Notes under the pieces: generated by a model
Told to the model about the DNA's origin: nothing
What the model saw: only the letters and a program-made list of their open reading frames with translations
Database searches by the model: none
Translations under genes and position numbers: made by a program
Shown: in pieces, positions 25,182 through 35,775 of the stretch
Layout: the number at the start of each line of letters is the position of its first letter
How positions within the stretch are numbered: the first letter of the stretch is position 1
Source: a bacterium
GTDB lineage: Bacteria; Patescibacteriota; Microgenomatia; Daviesbacterales; UBA10151
NCBI GenBank assembly: GCA_021786105.1
Contig: JAJYNW010000006.1
Location: 7,012-71,011, forward strand
Length of the DNA stretch: 64,000 nucleotides
Direction: 5' to 3'

Positions 25182-28121
25182 ATGGCTATAGATAAGATTA
25201 CTATTAAAGGTGCTCGTGAGCATAATTTAAAAAATATTGACTTGGAAATTCCTAAAAACAAGCTGGTGGTTTTGGTGGGCATTTCCGGTTCAGGTAAATC
25301 TTCTTTAGCTTTTGATACATTGTATGCGGAAGGCCAAAGGCGGTATGTGGAATCTTTATCTTCCTATGCCCGGCAATTTTTAGGCGTAATGGATAAGCCG
25401 GATGTGGATATGATTGAAGGCTTGTCTCCGGCCATTTCCATTGATCAAAAAGGCGTTTCTCACAACCCCCGTTCTACAGTTGGTACTACCACGGAGATCT
25501 ATGATTATATGAGGCTATTGTTTGCCCGGGTTGGTCACCCCCATTGTCCGGTTTGCGGCCGGGAAGTTTCCAAAATGTCAGTGGAACAGATTGCAGAAAA
25601 GGTGACGCAACTTCGTCATCCTGAACTCGTTTCAGGATCTGATAAAGAGATTCCGAAACAAGTTCGGAATGACAAAAGAGGTCGGAGGATAATGATTTTG
25701 GCTCCGGTGGTTAAAGACCGAAAAGGGGAATATAGCCAAATGTTTGAGGATTTTAGGAAAAAAGGATTTTCCAAAGTTAGGGTTGACGGGCAAGTCAGGG
25801 ATTTATCAGATGATTTTGTTTTGATTAAAACTAATAAACATACGATTGATTTGGTGATAGATCGGTTAGTTCTGGATACAAAAAGTGCACAAGATCAAAC
25901 TTTGTACTCAAGATTATCCCAAAGTATTGAAACAGCGCTCAAATTTGGTGAAGGAGCCGTGATTGTTTCTGATGTTTTGGATGCTGCTTTGGAATTCCCT
26001 CCAAATCCCAAGAAAATGGAAGATCATCTTTATTCAGAAAGGTTTGCTTGTCCGGTAGACAATATTTCTCTGCCGGAAATTGAACCAAGATTATTGTCTT
26101 TTAATTCTCCGCATGGCGCTTGCCCGAAATGTTTAGGCTTGGGAACGCTTTTAGAGATAGATGAAACCACTATTTTAAATCCGATTTTATCAATTGCTGA
26201 AGGCGGAATATTGCCCTGGTCAAAACTGGTTACCAACGACACCTGGTTTACCAGGCTGATTGAGGCGGTCGGAAAAAAATATGGCTTTGATGTGAATACC
26301 AGATTGGGAAATTTGACAGCTGAAGCCTGGCAAGTTTTGCTTCACGGGGCTCCAGACGAAGAATTTAAGGTGGAAGGCAGGAACAGGCAAGGCAAGTGGA
26401 CGCATTTTTACTCAGAATTTACCGGGCTGGTGATTTACCTAAAAGAAAGATACGAAACCTCGGAATCGGATTTTGTCAAAGCAGAAATTGAAAAGTACAT
26501 GGTGAAAGAAACCTGCCCGAAGTGTAAGGGCGCCAGGTTAAAAGATGAGGCTTTATCAATCACTATTAATGAATTAAATATTGCCGAGGTAACCAGTCAG
26601 TCGATCATTCAGACTTTGGAGTGGATAAAAACCATTAAACTCTCCGACAGGGAAGCTCAAATTGCCGCCCCGATTTTGAAAGAAATTATTTCCCGGCTGC
26701 AGTTTTTAGTTGATGTCGGTTTGGATTATTTAACTTTGGATCGGGCTGCCATGACTTTGGCAGGCGGTGAGTCGCAAAGGATTAGACTGGCTTCCCAAAT
26801 CGGGTCCGGGTTATCCGGAGTTTTATATGTTTTGGACGAACCGTCAATTGGTTTGCACCAGCGAGACAATTCAAGGCTGATTGAGACGTTAAAAAAACTC
26901 AAGAATCTGGGTAATACGGTGGTTGTTAATGAGCATGACGGAGAAACTATGGAAGCGGCTGATATGCTGATTGAGATTGGACCGGGAGCCGGAGAGCACG
27001 GAGGTAATATTGTTTTTGCTGGTACCCCGGATGAAATGAAAAAAAGTTCAGTTTCTTTGACCGGACAATATTTGTCAGGCAGGAAAAAAGTTGAAGTAGC
27101 AGATGATCTAAAACGAGCACCGGTGGAAATGGGTCATCTTAAAGTGCTGGGTGCAGCTGAGCATAATCTGAAAAATATTGATGTCTCTTTCCCTCTGGGG
27201 AAGTTCGTTACTGTGACTGGTGTATCCGGTTCCGGCAAGTCAACTTTGATTCACGATATTTTATATAAAGCTATGGCGCAAAAGATTTACCGGTCCCGGG
27301 AAAGGGCAGGTTTGCATAAGAGGATTGAGGGGACGGAATACATAGATAAGGTAGTTTTGGTAGATCAATCGCCAATTGGCCGGACTCCCCGTTCAAATCC
27401 AGCTACCTACACCGGAGCTTTTACCCACATCAGGGAATTATTTGCTCAATCTCCTGAGGCTAAAATCAGAGGCTATGGCCCGGGCCGGTTTTCTTTTAAT
27501 GTGAAAGGCGGCAGGTGTGAGGTTTGCGAGGGAGAAGGACAGCTGAAGATTGAAATGCAGTTTTTGCCGGATGTGTATGTGACTTGTGAGTCGTGTAACG
27601 GAGCCAGGTACAACCGGGAAGCTTTAGAGATTCGTTTTAAAGATAAAAATATCTCCGAGGTACTAAATATGACCGTGGAAGAGAGCCTGAGATTTTTTGA
27701 AAATATTCCTCAAATTAAAAATAAGCTGCAGGTGTTGTTTGATGTGGGCTTGGGCTACATTAAACTGGGTCAGCCGGCGCCCACTCTTTCCGGAGGTGAA
27801 GCCCAAAGGATTAAGCTTTCTTCGGAATTATCCAAAAGAGCAACCGGCCGAACTCTCTATATTCTGGATGAGCCCACTACAGGATTGCATTTTGCTGATA
27901 TTGAAAGGCTGTTGAATATTTTAAGGAAGCTGGTTAATTTTGGTAACACAGTGGTTATCATTGAACATAATCTGGATGTGATTAAAAATACAGATTGGAT
28001 AATAGATTTAGGGCCGGAAGGCGGGGATAAAGGCGGGCAAATTATTGCTGAAGGTACTCCGGCTCAGCTTTGTAAAATCAAGGATTCTTATACCGGCCAA
28101 TACCTGGCAAAGATGTTGTAA
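25182..28121 (+). CDS. uvrA: Excinuclease ABC subunit A
   Basis: Two ABC ATPase modules ('GISGSGKSSLAFDTLYAEGQRRYVESLS', 'GVSGSGKSTLIHD'), zinc-finger Cys clusters, 979 aa. Confidence 0.95.
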   Translation: MAIDKITIKGAREHNLKNIDLEIPKNKLVVLVGISGSGKSSLAFDTLYAEGQRRYVESLSSYARQFLGVMDKPDVDMIEGLSPAISIDQKGVSHNPRSTVGTTTEIYDYMRLLFARVGHPHCPVCGREVSKMSVEQIAEKVTQLRHPELVSGSDKEIPKQVRNDKRGRRIMILAPVVKDRKGEYSQMFEDFRKKGFSKVRVDGQVRDLSDDFVLIKTNKHTIDLVIDRLVLDTKSAQDQTLYSRLSQSIETALKFGEGAVIVSDVLDAALEFPPNPKKMEDHLYSERFACPVDNISLPEIEPRLLSFNSPHGACPKCLGLGTLLEIDETTILNPILSIAEGGILPWSKLVTNDTWFTRLIEAVGKKYGFDVNTRLGNLTAEAWQVLLHGAPDEEFKVEGRNRQGKWTHFYSEFTGLVIYLKERYETSESDFVKAEIEKYMVKETCPKCKGARLKDEALSITINELNIAEVTSQSIIQTLEWIKTIKLSDREAQIAAPILKEIISRLQFLVDVGLDYLTLDRAAMTLAGGESQRIRLASQIGSGLSGVLYVLDEPSIGLHQRDNSRLIETLKKLKNLGNTVVVNEHDGETMEAADMLIEIGPGAGEHGGNIVFAGTPDEMKKSSVSLTGQYLSGRKKVEVADDLKRAPVEMGHLKVLGAAEHNLKNIDVSFPLGKFVTVTGVSGSGKSTLIHDILYKAMAQKIYRSRERAGLHKRIEGTEYIDKVVLVDQSPIGRTPRSNPATYTGAFTHIRELFAQSPEAKIRGYGPGRFSFNVKGGRCEVCEGEGQLKIEMQFLPDVYVTCESCNGARYNREALEIRFKDKNISEVLNMTVEESLRFFENIPQIKNKLQVLFDVGLGYIKLGQPAPTLSGGEAQRIKLSSELSKRATGRTLYILDEPTTGLHFADIERLLNILRKLVNFGNTVVIIEHNLDVIKNTDWIIDLGPEGGDKGGQIIAEGTPAQLCKIKDSYTGQYLAKML

Positions 28122-28145
28122 AGAGATTTTTGCTACAATGAAATA

Positions 28146-30062
28146 ATGGTTAAAAGAGTTTTAGTGCTAATCGTCTTCCTGTTCTGCCTCATCTTGCCGC
28201 AAAAAGTGTCTGCTGCAGAGCTTCCAACTGGTAAGGCTGGATTTGCTACTGCTTATGATGTTTTGTACGACGTGGATGACAGCGGAATAACCGCTGTTAC
28301 TGAAAAAATCACCCTCAAAAATTTAACTTCGGAATACTATGCCAATCAATTTAAATTAACCATTGGAGCCACCCAAATTTCCGATATTAATGCTTCTGAT
28401 CCTGGCGGACCGTTGGAGGTGACTCAACAGCAACAGGCCACCACCACTACTATCGGAGTGAAATTCAACCAGCAGGTAGCAGGATTAGGGAAGAGCCTGT
28501 CTTGGACTATCTCGTTTAAATCCAAGGATTTTGCGGAAAAATCCGGTAAGGTTTGGGAAATCAGAACCCCGAAAATTTCTTCCACCTCAAATATGGAATC
28601 CTACAACCTGACTTTATCTGTACCGCAGAGCTTCGGTGAGCCTTCTTTAATCAGCCCGCTTCCCAAGAGCCAAACCATTTCTATGGGTAAAATATTTTTG
28701 ACTTTTGATAAAAGCCAGCTGGAATCTTCCGGCATCTCTGCCAATTTTGGTGCAAATCAGCTGTTTGATTTTGACCTGACATATCACCTAAAAAATGACA
28801 ATTGGATGCCGATTCTGACTAGTGTGGCCTTGCCTCCTGATACGTCTTTTCAGGATGTGATTTACCAAAGAATTGAGCCTAAGCCGCTTAATGTGACGGT
28901 GGATAATGACGGTAATTATTTAGCTTGGTTTTGGTTAAACCGCGGCCAGAAAACGGATGTAAAAGTTTTTGGCTCGGCAAAGCTTTATACAAATTCTAAA
29001 GTAAAACATCCTTTTTTGGATGACACCTTACGGAGGAAATATACTGAATCTGCTAAATACTGGGAAAAGGATAACCCGCAAATTTTGGCTAAATTAAATG
29101 AAATTCTGGGCAGTAACCCGGCGGTGGATACGGAAACTAAAGCTAAGCTGATTTTTCAGTTTGTGGTGGATTACTTAAGATACGACCCCTCGAGATTGAA
29201 AGACAGTAACACGGAAAGGTTGGGCGCTGTGACAGCTTTGGCCAACCCAAATTCGGCAGTCTGTATGGAGTTTACTGATTTATTTATTGCGCTGGCCCGG
29301 GCAGCCGGCATACCGAGCCGGGAATTGGATGGGTACGCTTATACTGCCAATTCCACCTTGCGGCCACTTTCTTTGACCAAGGATATTCTTCATACCTGGC
29401 CGGAGTATTGGGATGACAGACGCGGCTGGGTTATGGTAGATCCAACCTGGGCCAATACTACCGGCGGAGTTGATTATTTTAGCAAATTAGATTTAAATCA
29501 CTTTGTTTTTGCAGTAAAAGGTTTTTCCTCTACCGATCCTATCCCGGCTGGTTCTTACAAATCCGGTGATCAGGATTCCCATGATGTGAAAGTGACTTTA
29601 TCCGAGAATGATTTTTTAGGTAAACCGCAGATTGATGTTCAAATTGATATCCCAAATCCGATGCTGTCCGGTCTTCCCGGAGTAATAAAATTAAAAGTTA
29701 CCAATACCGGTAATGCCGTTTATCCGTCAGCCCCATTGGCTGTAAAGGCTGATAAGCTCTTAATACTTGATTCAGCGGACCAAAGTTCCGGTTTAATCCC
29801 GCCTTTTGGTACAGCCGAGTTTAGTTTTAATACCCGGACTAAATCCCTATTTGATACTTACAATGACCAAATTTCCGTGACTGTCGGCGGACAGAAATTT
29901 ACCAAAGACATTGTAGTCAAACCCTTAATATTATTCCAGGGAACACCATTTATAATAGCTTCGGTTGGAGTATTGATGGTGCTAATTTACATATCAGTTT
30001 TAGGCGTCCACATCCATCAGAAAAGGAAGGCCAAGGGTAAGAAAAAGCACGTTAGAAAGTAG
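28146..30062 (+). CDS. Secreted transglutaminase-like domain protein with a C-terminal TM anchor
   Basis: Signal peptide. Transglutaminase core 'CMEFTDLFIALARAAGIPSRELDGYAY'. C-terminal TM 'FIIASVGVLMVLIYISVLGV' plus a basic tail. Confidence 0.65.
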   Translation: MVKRVLVLIVFLFCLILPQKVSAAELPTGKAGFATAYDVLYDVDDSGITAVTEKITLKNLTSEYYANQFKLTIGATQISDINASDPGGPLEVTQQQQATTTTIGVKFNQQVAGLGKSLSWTISFKSKDFAEKSGKVWEIRTPKISSTSNMESYNLTLSVPQSFGEPSLISPLPKSQTISMGKIFLTFDKSQLESSGISANFGANQLFDFDLTYHLKNDNWMPILTSVALPPDTSFQDVIYQRIEPKPLNVTVDNDGNYLAWFWLNRGQKTDVKVFGSAKLYTNSKVKHPFLDDTLRRKYTESAKYWEKDNPQILAKLNEILGSNPAVDTETKAKLIFQFVVDYLRYDPSRLKDSNTERLGAVTALANPNSAVCMEFTDLFIALARAAGIPSRELDGYAYTANSTLRPLSLTKDILHTWPEYWDDRRGWVMVDPTWANTTGGVDYFSKLDLNHFVFAVKGFSSTDPIPAGSYKSGDQDSHDVKVTLSENDFLGKPQIDVQIDIPNPMLSGLPGVIKLKVTNTGNAVYPSAPLAVKADKLLILDSADQSSGLIPPFGTAEFSFNTRTKSLFDTYNDQISVTVGGQKFTKDIVVKPLILFQGTPFIIASVGVLMVLIYISVLGVHIHQKRKAKGKKKHVRK

Positions 30063-30069
30063 CAGGCGG

Positions 30070-31437
30070 ATGAGGTATACTACGCGTCCTATGATACCTG
30101 TCTTCATTGATAGATCCCAAATCCCGCACCAACCTGGTGTTTATATTTACAAAGATAACCGCGGGAGAATTTTATATGTCGGAAAAGCGATAGATTTATA
30201 CCACCGGGTGGCATCTTACTTTCACGCTTCGAGTCAGGAGGAGAGTCCCAAAACAAAAGCTTTGGTGGAACGGATAGCAGGAGTGAAAACTATTGTGGTG
30301 GAATCAGAATTGGAGGCCCTGATTTTAGAGGCTAACCTGATCCAGAAATATCTACCGCCGTTTAATATCAGGCTGACGGATGAGAATGATTATTTATATA
30401 TTGCCGTAACTGACGAAGATTTCCCCAAAATTATCACTGCTAGAAAAAAAGACCTGCCTGCCGGCAGGCAAGGTCTTGGTAAGGAAAAAAAGTATTGGGG
30501 CCCTTTCCCTTCCAGTCGGACTGTTAGGGAAACTTTGAAATCTCTGAGGAGAGTCTTCCCCTGGTGTTCGAATTTCCAATCCCGGTTTGTCGATTCAAAA
30601 CCAAACCGGGATCGGAAACGTAGGCCGTGTTTTTACTACCATATTGGCTTGTGTCCGGGCGTGTGTGCCGGATTGGTGACTAAGGAAGACTACGCTAAGA
30701 TTATCAGCAGATTCTCAAAATTTATGGATGGGAAAAAAGAGGAATTGGTTTCCCAACTGACTAAGGAAATGTTGTCAGCGTCTGAGAACCGCCGGTTTGA
30801 AGAAGCTGCCAAAATCAAAAAAATCCTGGGGGGAATTGTTTACATGACTCAACCCAACCGAACCAAACTTTATTTGGAAAACCCGAATTTTTTAGAAGAT
30901 GAAAGACGGTTGGCTCTGGAGGAACTTAAAAAAGAATTAAGCTTGGAAAAGTTGCCGCGTAGGGTTGAAGGATATGATATTTCCAATATTTCCGGTCAGG
31001 AAGCCACAGGATCCATGGTAGTTTTGACCCACGGCGAGATTGATAAATCCCAATACAGGAAATTTAAAATCAATATTTCGGGTAAACCGAATGATGTGGG
31101 GATGCATCGGGAGATGATGAGAAGAAGGTTGCGGCATAAAGAATGGCCAATGCCTGATTTAATTCTAATTGACGGAGGTCGGGGGCAAGTGCGGGGAGTT
31201 TGCTCAGAACTGCAATCTGTTAACTGCCGAATACCAATTTTTGGTTTGGCTAAGCGGATGGAATGGCTATATCCGCCAGAGGGTGAGATTTTGAAATTAT
31301 CAAAAAAAAGCCCGGCCCTAAAATTATTGCAAAAGCTGCGGGACGAGGCTCACCGGTTTGCCGTCACTTACCACCGGAAATTACATGGTAGAATATTATT
31401 AGGTATCCCTTCGACAAGCTTAGGGAATATTCGGTGA
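30070..31437 (+). CDS. uvrC: Excinuclease ABC subunit C (short form)
   Basis: GIY-YIG motif 'PGVYIYKDNRGRILYVGKAIDLYHRVASYF'. UvrC homology region 'VEGYDISNISGQEATGSMVV'. 455 aa, shorter than the canonical ~600 aa. Confidence 0.8.
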   Translation: MRYTTRPMIPVFIDRSQIPHQPGVYIYKDNRGRILYVGKAIDLYHRVASYFHASSQEESPKTKALVERIAGVKTIVVESELEALILEANLIQKYLPPFNIRLTDENDYLYIAVTDEDFPKIITARKKDLPAGRQGLGKEKKYWGPFPSSRTVRETLKSLRRVFPWCSNFQSRFVDSKPNRDRKRRPCFYYHIGLCPGVCAGLVTKEDYAKIISRFSKFMDGKKEELVSQLTKEMLSASENRRFEEAAKIKKILGGIVYMTQPNRTKLYLENPNFLEDERRLALEELKKELSLEKLPRRVEGYDISNISGQEATGSMVVLTHGEIDKSQYRKFKINISGKPNDVGMHREMMRRRLRHKEWPMPDLILIDGGRGQVRGVCSELQSVNCRIPIFGLAKRMEWLYPPEGEILKLSKKSPALKLLQKLRDEAHRFAVTYHRKLHGRILLGIPSTSLGNIR

Positions 31438-31865
31438 GCAAAGTCGAACCGTTACCTCCAAACATGAGGACTATGCTCCGTTATTTTTTAATTAATTTGG
31501 TTTCCTTGTGGTTGGCTACCAGATTAATCCCGGGTTTGACTTATACCGGTGGAGCAAAAAGCTTGATTTTGGGCGGCTTGGCGTTTATGGCGATTAATTT
31601 CCTGCTGGTGCCGCTTTTAAAGATTTTATTTCTGCCGCTTAATCTGTTAACCTTGGGGTTGTTTGCCTGGATTACTAATGTTTTGGCCTTGTTTGCTTTG
31701 ACCACAATAGTGTCTGATTTCCGGCTGACGCCTTACACCTTTGCCGGATTAAATTACAATGGTTTTATATTGCCGGCGTATGATTTGTCGCCCTTTTTGG
31801 TGGCGGTAGTTGCTTCTTTTATAATTGGGATTATTACCCACTTCCTCCAGTGGCTCAGTCATTAA
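31434..31865 (+). CDS. DUF360 / phage-holin-4-like small membrane protein
   Basis: Four hydrophobic segments. 'LINLVSLWLATRLIPGLTY..LVPLLKILFLPLNLLTLGLFAWITNVLALFAL' matches the duplicated DUF360 pattern. Confidence 0.5.
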   Translation: MSKVEPLPPNMRTMLRYFLINLVSLWLATRLIPGLTYTGGAKSLILGGLAFMAINFLLVPLLKILFLPLNLLTLGLFAWITNVLALFALTTIVSDFRLTPYTFAGLNYNGFILPAYDLSPFLVAVVASFIIGIITHFLQWLSH

Positions 31866-31888
31866 GGTTTGGTGTATAATGCTAAGGC

Positions 31889-32104
31889 ATGAAGCCGGTA
31901 ATTTCTGTTATTCAAATTATTTTAGGGATTCTCTTGATAGTGGTTATAATACTGCAGCAAAAAGGCGCCGGTTTGGGATCGAGCTTTGGCGGGGATCTGT
32001 CTTTTTACCGGACTAAAAGGGGAGCTGAAAAGCTGTTGTTTTATGCCACTATTGTCATTGCCGTGGCTTTTATACTGTCTTCTTTGGCCGGGTTGGTGCT
32101 TTAG
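31889..32104 (+). CDS. secG: Preprotein translocase subunit SecG
   Basis: 71 aa. 'ILQQKGAGLGSSFGG' plus a second TM, which is the typical SecG shape. Confidence 0.75.
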   Translation: MKPVISVIQIILGILLIVVIILQQKGAGLGSSFGGDLSFYRTKRGAEKLLFYATIVIAVAFILSSLAGLVL

Positions 32105-32107
32105 ATT

Positions 32108-33490
32108 ATGAATTTAAAACCTTTCAGGTTGTTCTTGCTGATTATTTTTGAATATCTGAAAAGGAATAAGATTTGGGTAATTGGCGGGATAGCTTTTTTA
32201 ACAGCTTTAGTAATTCTGCAGGTTAAATTTAACCTTCTTCATTCGCAAAATTCGATTAGGGTCGGTTTAATAGGCACTTTTCAGGAGCACGATTTGCCGG
32301 AAGAACTGACAAAATTGGTTTCGGCTTCCTTAGTGGAGGCCAGCAGTGACGGTAAGCTAAGGTCTAATTTGGTGAAAGGGTGGGAGGTTAATAATGATGC
32401 CACCCAGTTTAAATTCAAATTAAAAGATGATCTTCGCTGGTCTGATAATACCCCAATAAAAACCACTGATTTGGAATTTGCCATTCCCAATACCAATGTC
32501 TCGTATCCTGATGATAAAACGATTCAGTTCAATTTAAAGGAGTCCTATTCGCCACTACCTTCGCTGCTGATTAAACCTGTCTTTAAAAAAGGAACGTTGA
32601 TAGGAACCGGTCCGTATCGGATAACAAAGGTAGAAAAAAGCCGGATTTTTATTACCAAGATTACTTTGCAGTCTGACGATCCTAATTTGCCCCGGGTCTA
32701 CATTCGTTTCTACCCCAATGAAAAAGTGGCCGTTACCGGTTTTAGTTTAGGTGAAGTTGAGGTCCTTATGGGTCTTAATGACCCAAAATTGATGCCCCAA
32801 AGTTCTTTAATTGATGTCAAACAAAAGACGGATTATTCGAAAATCGTCACGATCTTTTTTCAGACCGGCGATACACTCCTCCGGAACCGGTCGCTGCGCC
32901 AGGCTTTGTCTTACCAAATTCCTCAGATTTCCGGTGAAGAGGTGGCTGACAATCCTTATCCGCCGAATTCCTGGGTTTATAACAGTGATTCTAAAAAATA
33001 CCTTTCCAATCCGGAGGAAGCCCAGTCAGCGCTGGAAAGAGCTAAGTCGCAGGTTACGGATGATCAGTTGCATTCGGAGTTAGTGCTGACGGCAACTCCA
33101 AATCTGGAAGAAGTGGGAAAAATTGTTACTGAGTCCTGGAGGAAATTAGGATTTGATGCTAAACTGCGGATTGAATCCGGTATGCCGCAAAACTTTCAGG
33201 CGCTTTTGATTACCCAAAGTATTCCGGCAGATCCTGATCAGTACTTTCTATGGCATGCAAGTCAAACCAAGACTAATCTGACGAAGTACGATTCAAAAAG
33301 AGCGGATAAGGATTTGGAAGACGGCAGAAAAATTATTACAGAAGATGACAGGCGTACTAAATACTTTGATTTTCAAAAAACCCTTCTGGAAGATGCTCCG
33401 GCCGCTTTCCTGTATTTCCCCAAATATAATATTGTTTATTTAAAGAAGATCGGTCCGCTGCTGGGTAAACTGTTATCAAAAGAGGGATAG
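32108..33490 (+). CDS. Membrane-anchored extracellular solute-binding-like protein (SBP family 5 / OppA-like; tentative)
   Basis: N-terminal TM. Overall length and scattered motifs ('TGPYRITK', 'ADPDQYFLWHAS') resemble SBP_bac_5. No ABC transporter partner genes are adjacent. Confidence 0.4.
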   Translation: MNLKPFRLFLLIIFEYLKRNKIWVIGGIAFLTALVILQVKFNLLHSQNSIRVGLIGTFQEHDLPEELTKLVSASLVEASSDGKLRSNLVKGWEVNNDATQFKFKLKDDLRWSDNTPIKTTDLEFAIPNTNVSYPDDKTIQFNLKESYSPLPSLLIKPVFKKGTLIGTGPYRITKVEKSRIFITKITLQSDDPNLPRVYIRFYPNEKVAVTGFSLGEVEVLMGLNDPKLMPQSSLIDVKQKTDYSKIVTIFFQTGDTLLRNRSLRQALSYQIPQISGEEVADNPYPPNSWVYNSDSKKYLSNPEEAQSALERAKSQVTDDQLHSELVLTATPNLEEVGKIVTESWRKLGFDAKLRIESGMPQNFQALLITQSIPADPDQYFLWHASQTKTNLTKYDSKRADKDLEDGRKIITEDDRRTKYFDFQKTLLEDAPAAFLYFPKYNIVYLKKIGPLLGKLLSKEG

Positions 33491-34837
33491 TATTGTGCCG
33501 ATTCCGGCAGCAGCCATCAAACCGGTAATGATCCAGCCCAAAAATGAAATAGCTGGATGGTTAATCCGGTCGCCCATTAATTTTTTGCTGCTGCTTAATA
33601 ACACTATTAAAGCTAAAATTACCGGAGCAATTAAACCGTTAACTACGGCAGAATAGATCAAAGTTTTAATAGCATCTAAACCAATAAAATTAAGTGCGAG
33701 ACCGACTGCCATAGAAATAATAATGACTCCGTAAAAGGCATTGGCTTCTTTAAGTTGGTGGTGAAGACCGTATTGCCAACCCAGGCTTTCTGATAAGCAG
33801 TATGAGGCTGCACCGGCCAAAACAGGTACTGCCAAAAGCCCGGTGCCAATAATTCCCAATGTAAAAAGCAGGTAGGTATAGTCTCCGGCAATCGGGCGCA
33901 AGGCAGCAGCGGCATCGGCCGCGGTGGTGATATTGGTAATGCCGTGACTATAAAGAGTGGCGGCGCAGGCGGCAATGATAAAAAACATCACCAGATTTGA
34001 TAAAAACATTCCTGACCAGACATCGATCCTCATTTTTTTGACATCTTCATCAGAGCAGCCTTTTCTAAGTTCCAATGTGTCTTTGCCTTTTTTGATATCT
34101 TCTTCTACCTCCTGGGATGTTTGCCAGAAGAAGAGGTACGGCGATATGGTGGTACCTAATATGGCGCAGACTAAGATGATTTGATTTTTGGAAAAGGTAA
34201 TAGCGGGTATAACTGCGTGGGAAAGCAAGTGCCCCCAATTAATATTTACCATAAAAGCAGAAAGGACATAGGATAAAAGAATTAAAGCCAGCCATTTTAA
34301 GTATTTGGCATATTTTTCATACGGGGTAAATATTTGTAAGCCTAAACTAAAGGCGGTAAATATAAAAACCAACAGCCCGAAATTAATATTAGGAAACAAC
34401 AGCTGGGTGGCTTTGGCCATGGCGCCTAAGTCTGCGCCGATGTTTAAAGTGTTGGCTATTAATAATAATATTGTAGAAAGGTACAGAATCCATTTGGGAA
34501 AGTGGTCCCGGATATTGCCGGCCAGCCCTTGGCCTGTCACCAGACCGATTCTGGCACACATTTCTTGAACTATGGCCATTAAAGGGAAAGTCAGAGGGGC
34601 GAGCCACAGGAGCTGAAATCCGAATTGGGCTCCGGTTTGTGAATAGGTAGCAATTCCTGATGGGTCGTCATCAGAAGCACCGGTGGTTAGACCGGGTCCC
34701 AAATTATCCCAATATTCTTTGCCTTTTTTGACATGTTTTTGGTTTTTAATCGTTGAACCAACAAGCTGAGATAAGCTAATAGCATGTCCCAAAAAAATTG
34801 CCGGCGATTCAACTAATCTTTCCAGTTTTCTCTCCAT
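33476..34837 (-). CDS. mntH: NRAMP-family divalent metal (Mn/Fe) transporter
   Basis: 'GPGLTTGASDDDPSGIATYSQTGAQFGFQLLW' is the NRAMP TM1 motif. About 11 predicted TM helices. Confidence 0.8.
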   Translation of the reverse strand: MERKLERLVESPAIFLGHAISLSQLVGSTIKNQKHVKKGKEYWDNLGPGLTTGASDDDPSGIATYSQTGAQFGFQLLWLAPLTFPLMAIVQEMCARIGLVTGQGLAGNIRDHFPKWILYLSTILLLIANTLNIGADLGAMAKATQLLFPNINFGLLVFIFTAFSLGLQIFTPYEKYAKYLKWLALILLSYVLSAFMVNINWGHLLSHAVIPAITFSKNQIILVCAILGTTISPYLFFWQTSQEVEEDIKKGKDTLELRKGCSDEDVKKMRIDVWSGMFLSNLVMFFIIAACAATLYSHGITNITTAADAAAALRPIAGDYTYLLFTLGIIGTGLLAVPVLAGAASYCLSESLGWQYGLHHQLKEANAFYGVIIISMAVGLALNFIGLDAIKTLIYSAVVNGLIAPVILALIVLLSSSKKLMGDRINHPAISFLGWIITGLMAAAGIGTILSLF

Positions 34838-34884
34838 AGGATTCCCTCCTTAGATTAATCCAGCTGAGTTTTCCTTTAAAAAAC

Positions 34885-34924
34885 GAGCGTAGGAAGAAAG
34901 TGGTTATTCGTTTCTTCTACGCTC
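34885..34924. promoter_or_regulatory. Long imperfect hairpin (gagcgtaggaagaaa..gtttcttctacgctc) in the divergent mntH / locus-2 intergenic region
   Basis: ~15-bp stem. Sits between the divergently transcribed Mn transporter and the TasA/SipW locus. Possible operator or structured leader. Confidence 0.3.
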
Positions 34925-35007
34925 TAACAAGTTAAGTGTAGTCCTCGCTTTTAGGGGTTGTCAAGACTGTAAAATGTAAAGCTAAAAGTGGAAATAGATT
35001 TTGGCAA

Positions 35008-35040
35008 TTGACAAGAGTACTCCTTTTGTTTTTAAATAAG
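35008..35040 (+). promoter_or_regulatory. Candidate promoter (TTGACAAGA..) upstream of the second TasA/SipW locus
   Basis: TTGACA at 35008-35013, shared 'TTGACAAGA' with 18994. The -10 is weak (tttaaat). Confidence 0.3.
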
Positions 35041-35147
35041 CCTCTGAGGTAAAAACATACACCTGCGGAAATAATATTCTTTCTGCCCCAAATTAATGCT
35101 CATACTTCTGTCCGTATGGTTTACCCGCTCAGAAAGGAGGTGAACAT

Positions 35148-35705
35148 ATGAGAAGAATTCTTTTAGCCACTGTAATCGCCACTGCTTCTCTTTCGGTAGC
35201 TGTGATGACAACTTGGGCTGCCTGGACTTCGTCTGTAACAGTCAGTAATAACGTTATTACTACAGGCAGTGTTAGCTTGCAAGTTTCTCTTACTGGTAAC
35301 AGTAATGATTATGGATCATCTGTATCCTCAAGCACAGCGATATCCGGTTTAATGCCTACCAATACAAGCAGTAAAGGTACGACATTCTATGTAAAAAACA
35401 ACAGCTCAACCGGGGTTAATTTTAACCTGGGAGCTGTAGGATCAGCTGTTATTTCTGGGAGTCCTGCACCTGCCGATTTAACCAGTCTGCAGATATCAAT
35501 TGTCCCGAGTGGAAGCTCAGCTTCAACAATTGATGCTAACTATCATACATTGTCTGCATGGGGATCCAGTCAGACTTTGGGTACTTTGAGTTCAGGAGCA
35601 AGCCAACCATATGATATATATGCCAAGCTTGCTACCACCGCAGCCGATGATTGGCAAGGAAGACAAGTAACCTTTGCCGTTACGGTTACCGGTTCACAGA
35701 TCTAG
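35148..35705 (+). CDS. TasA-like secreted protein with a SipW-cognate-type signal ('..TTWAAWTSS')
   Basis: AGGAGGTG RBS. N-terminal TM followed by 'TWAAWTSSVTVSNNVITTG'. Composition resembles 19177 ('VKNNSSTGVNFNLGAVG'). Confidence 0.55.
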   Translation: MRRILLATVIATASLSVAVMTTWAAWTSSVTVSNNVITTGSVSLQVSLTGNSNDYGSSVSSSTAISGLMPTNTSSKGTTFYVKNNSSTGVNFNLGAVGSAVISGSPAPADLTSLQISIVPSGSSASTIDANYHTLSAWGSSQTLGTLSSGASQPYDIYAKLATTAADDWQGRQVTFAVTVTGSQI

Positions 35706-35775
35706 AATTTTTCTAGTCTTTTTGGGAGTCAAAGGGACGCCTTTGGCTCCTTGTAAAGGTTAGAAGTTTAATTAT

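Noticed and set aside
33676-34607. Several 70-100-aa ORFs on both strands within the NRAMP transporter gene
   Set aside because: Embedded in a confidently assigned 453-aa membrane transporter ORF.
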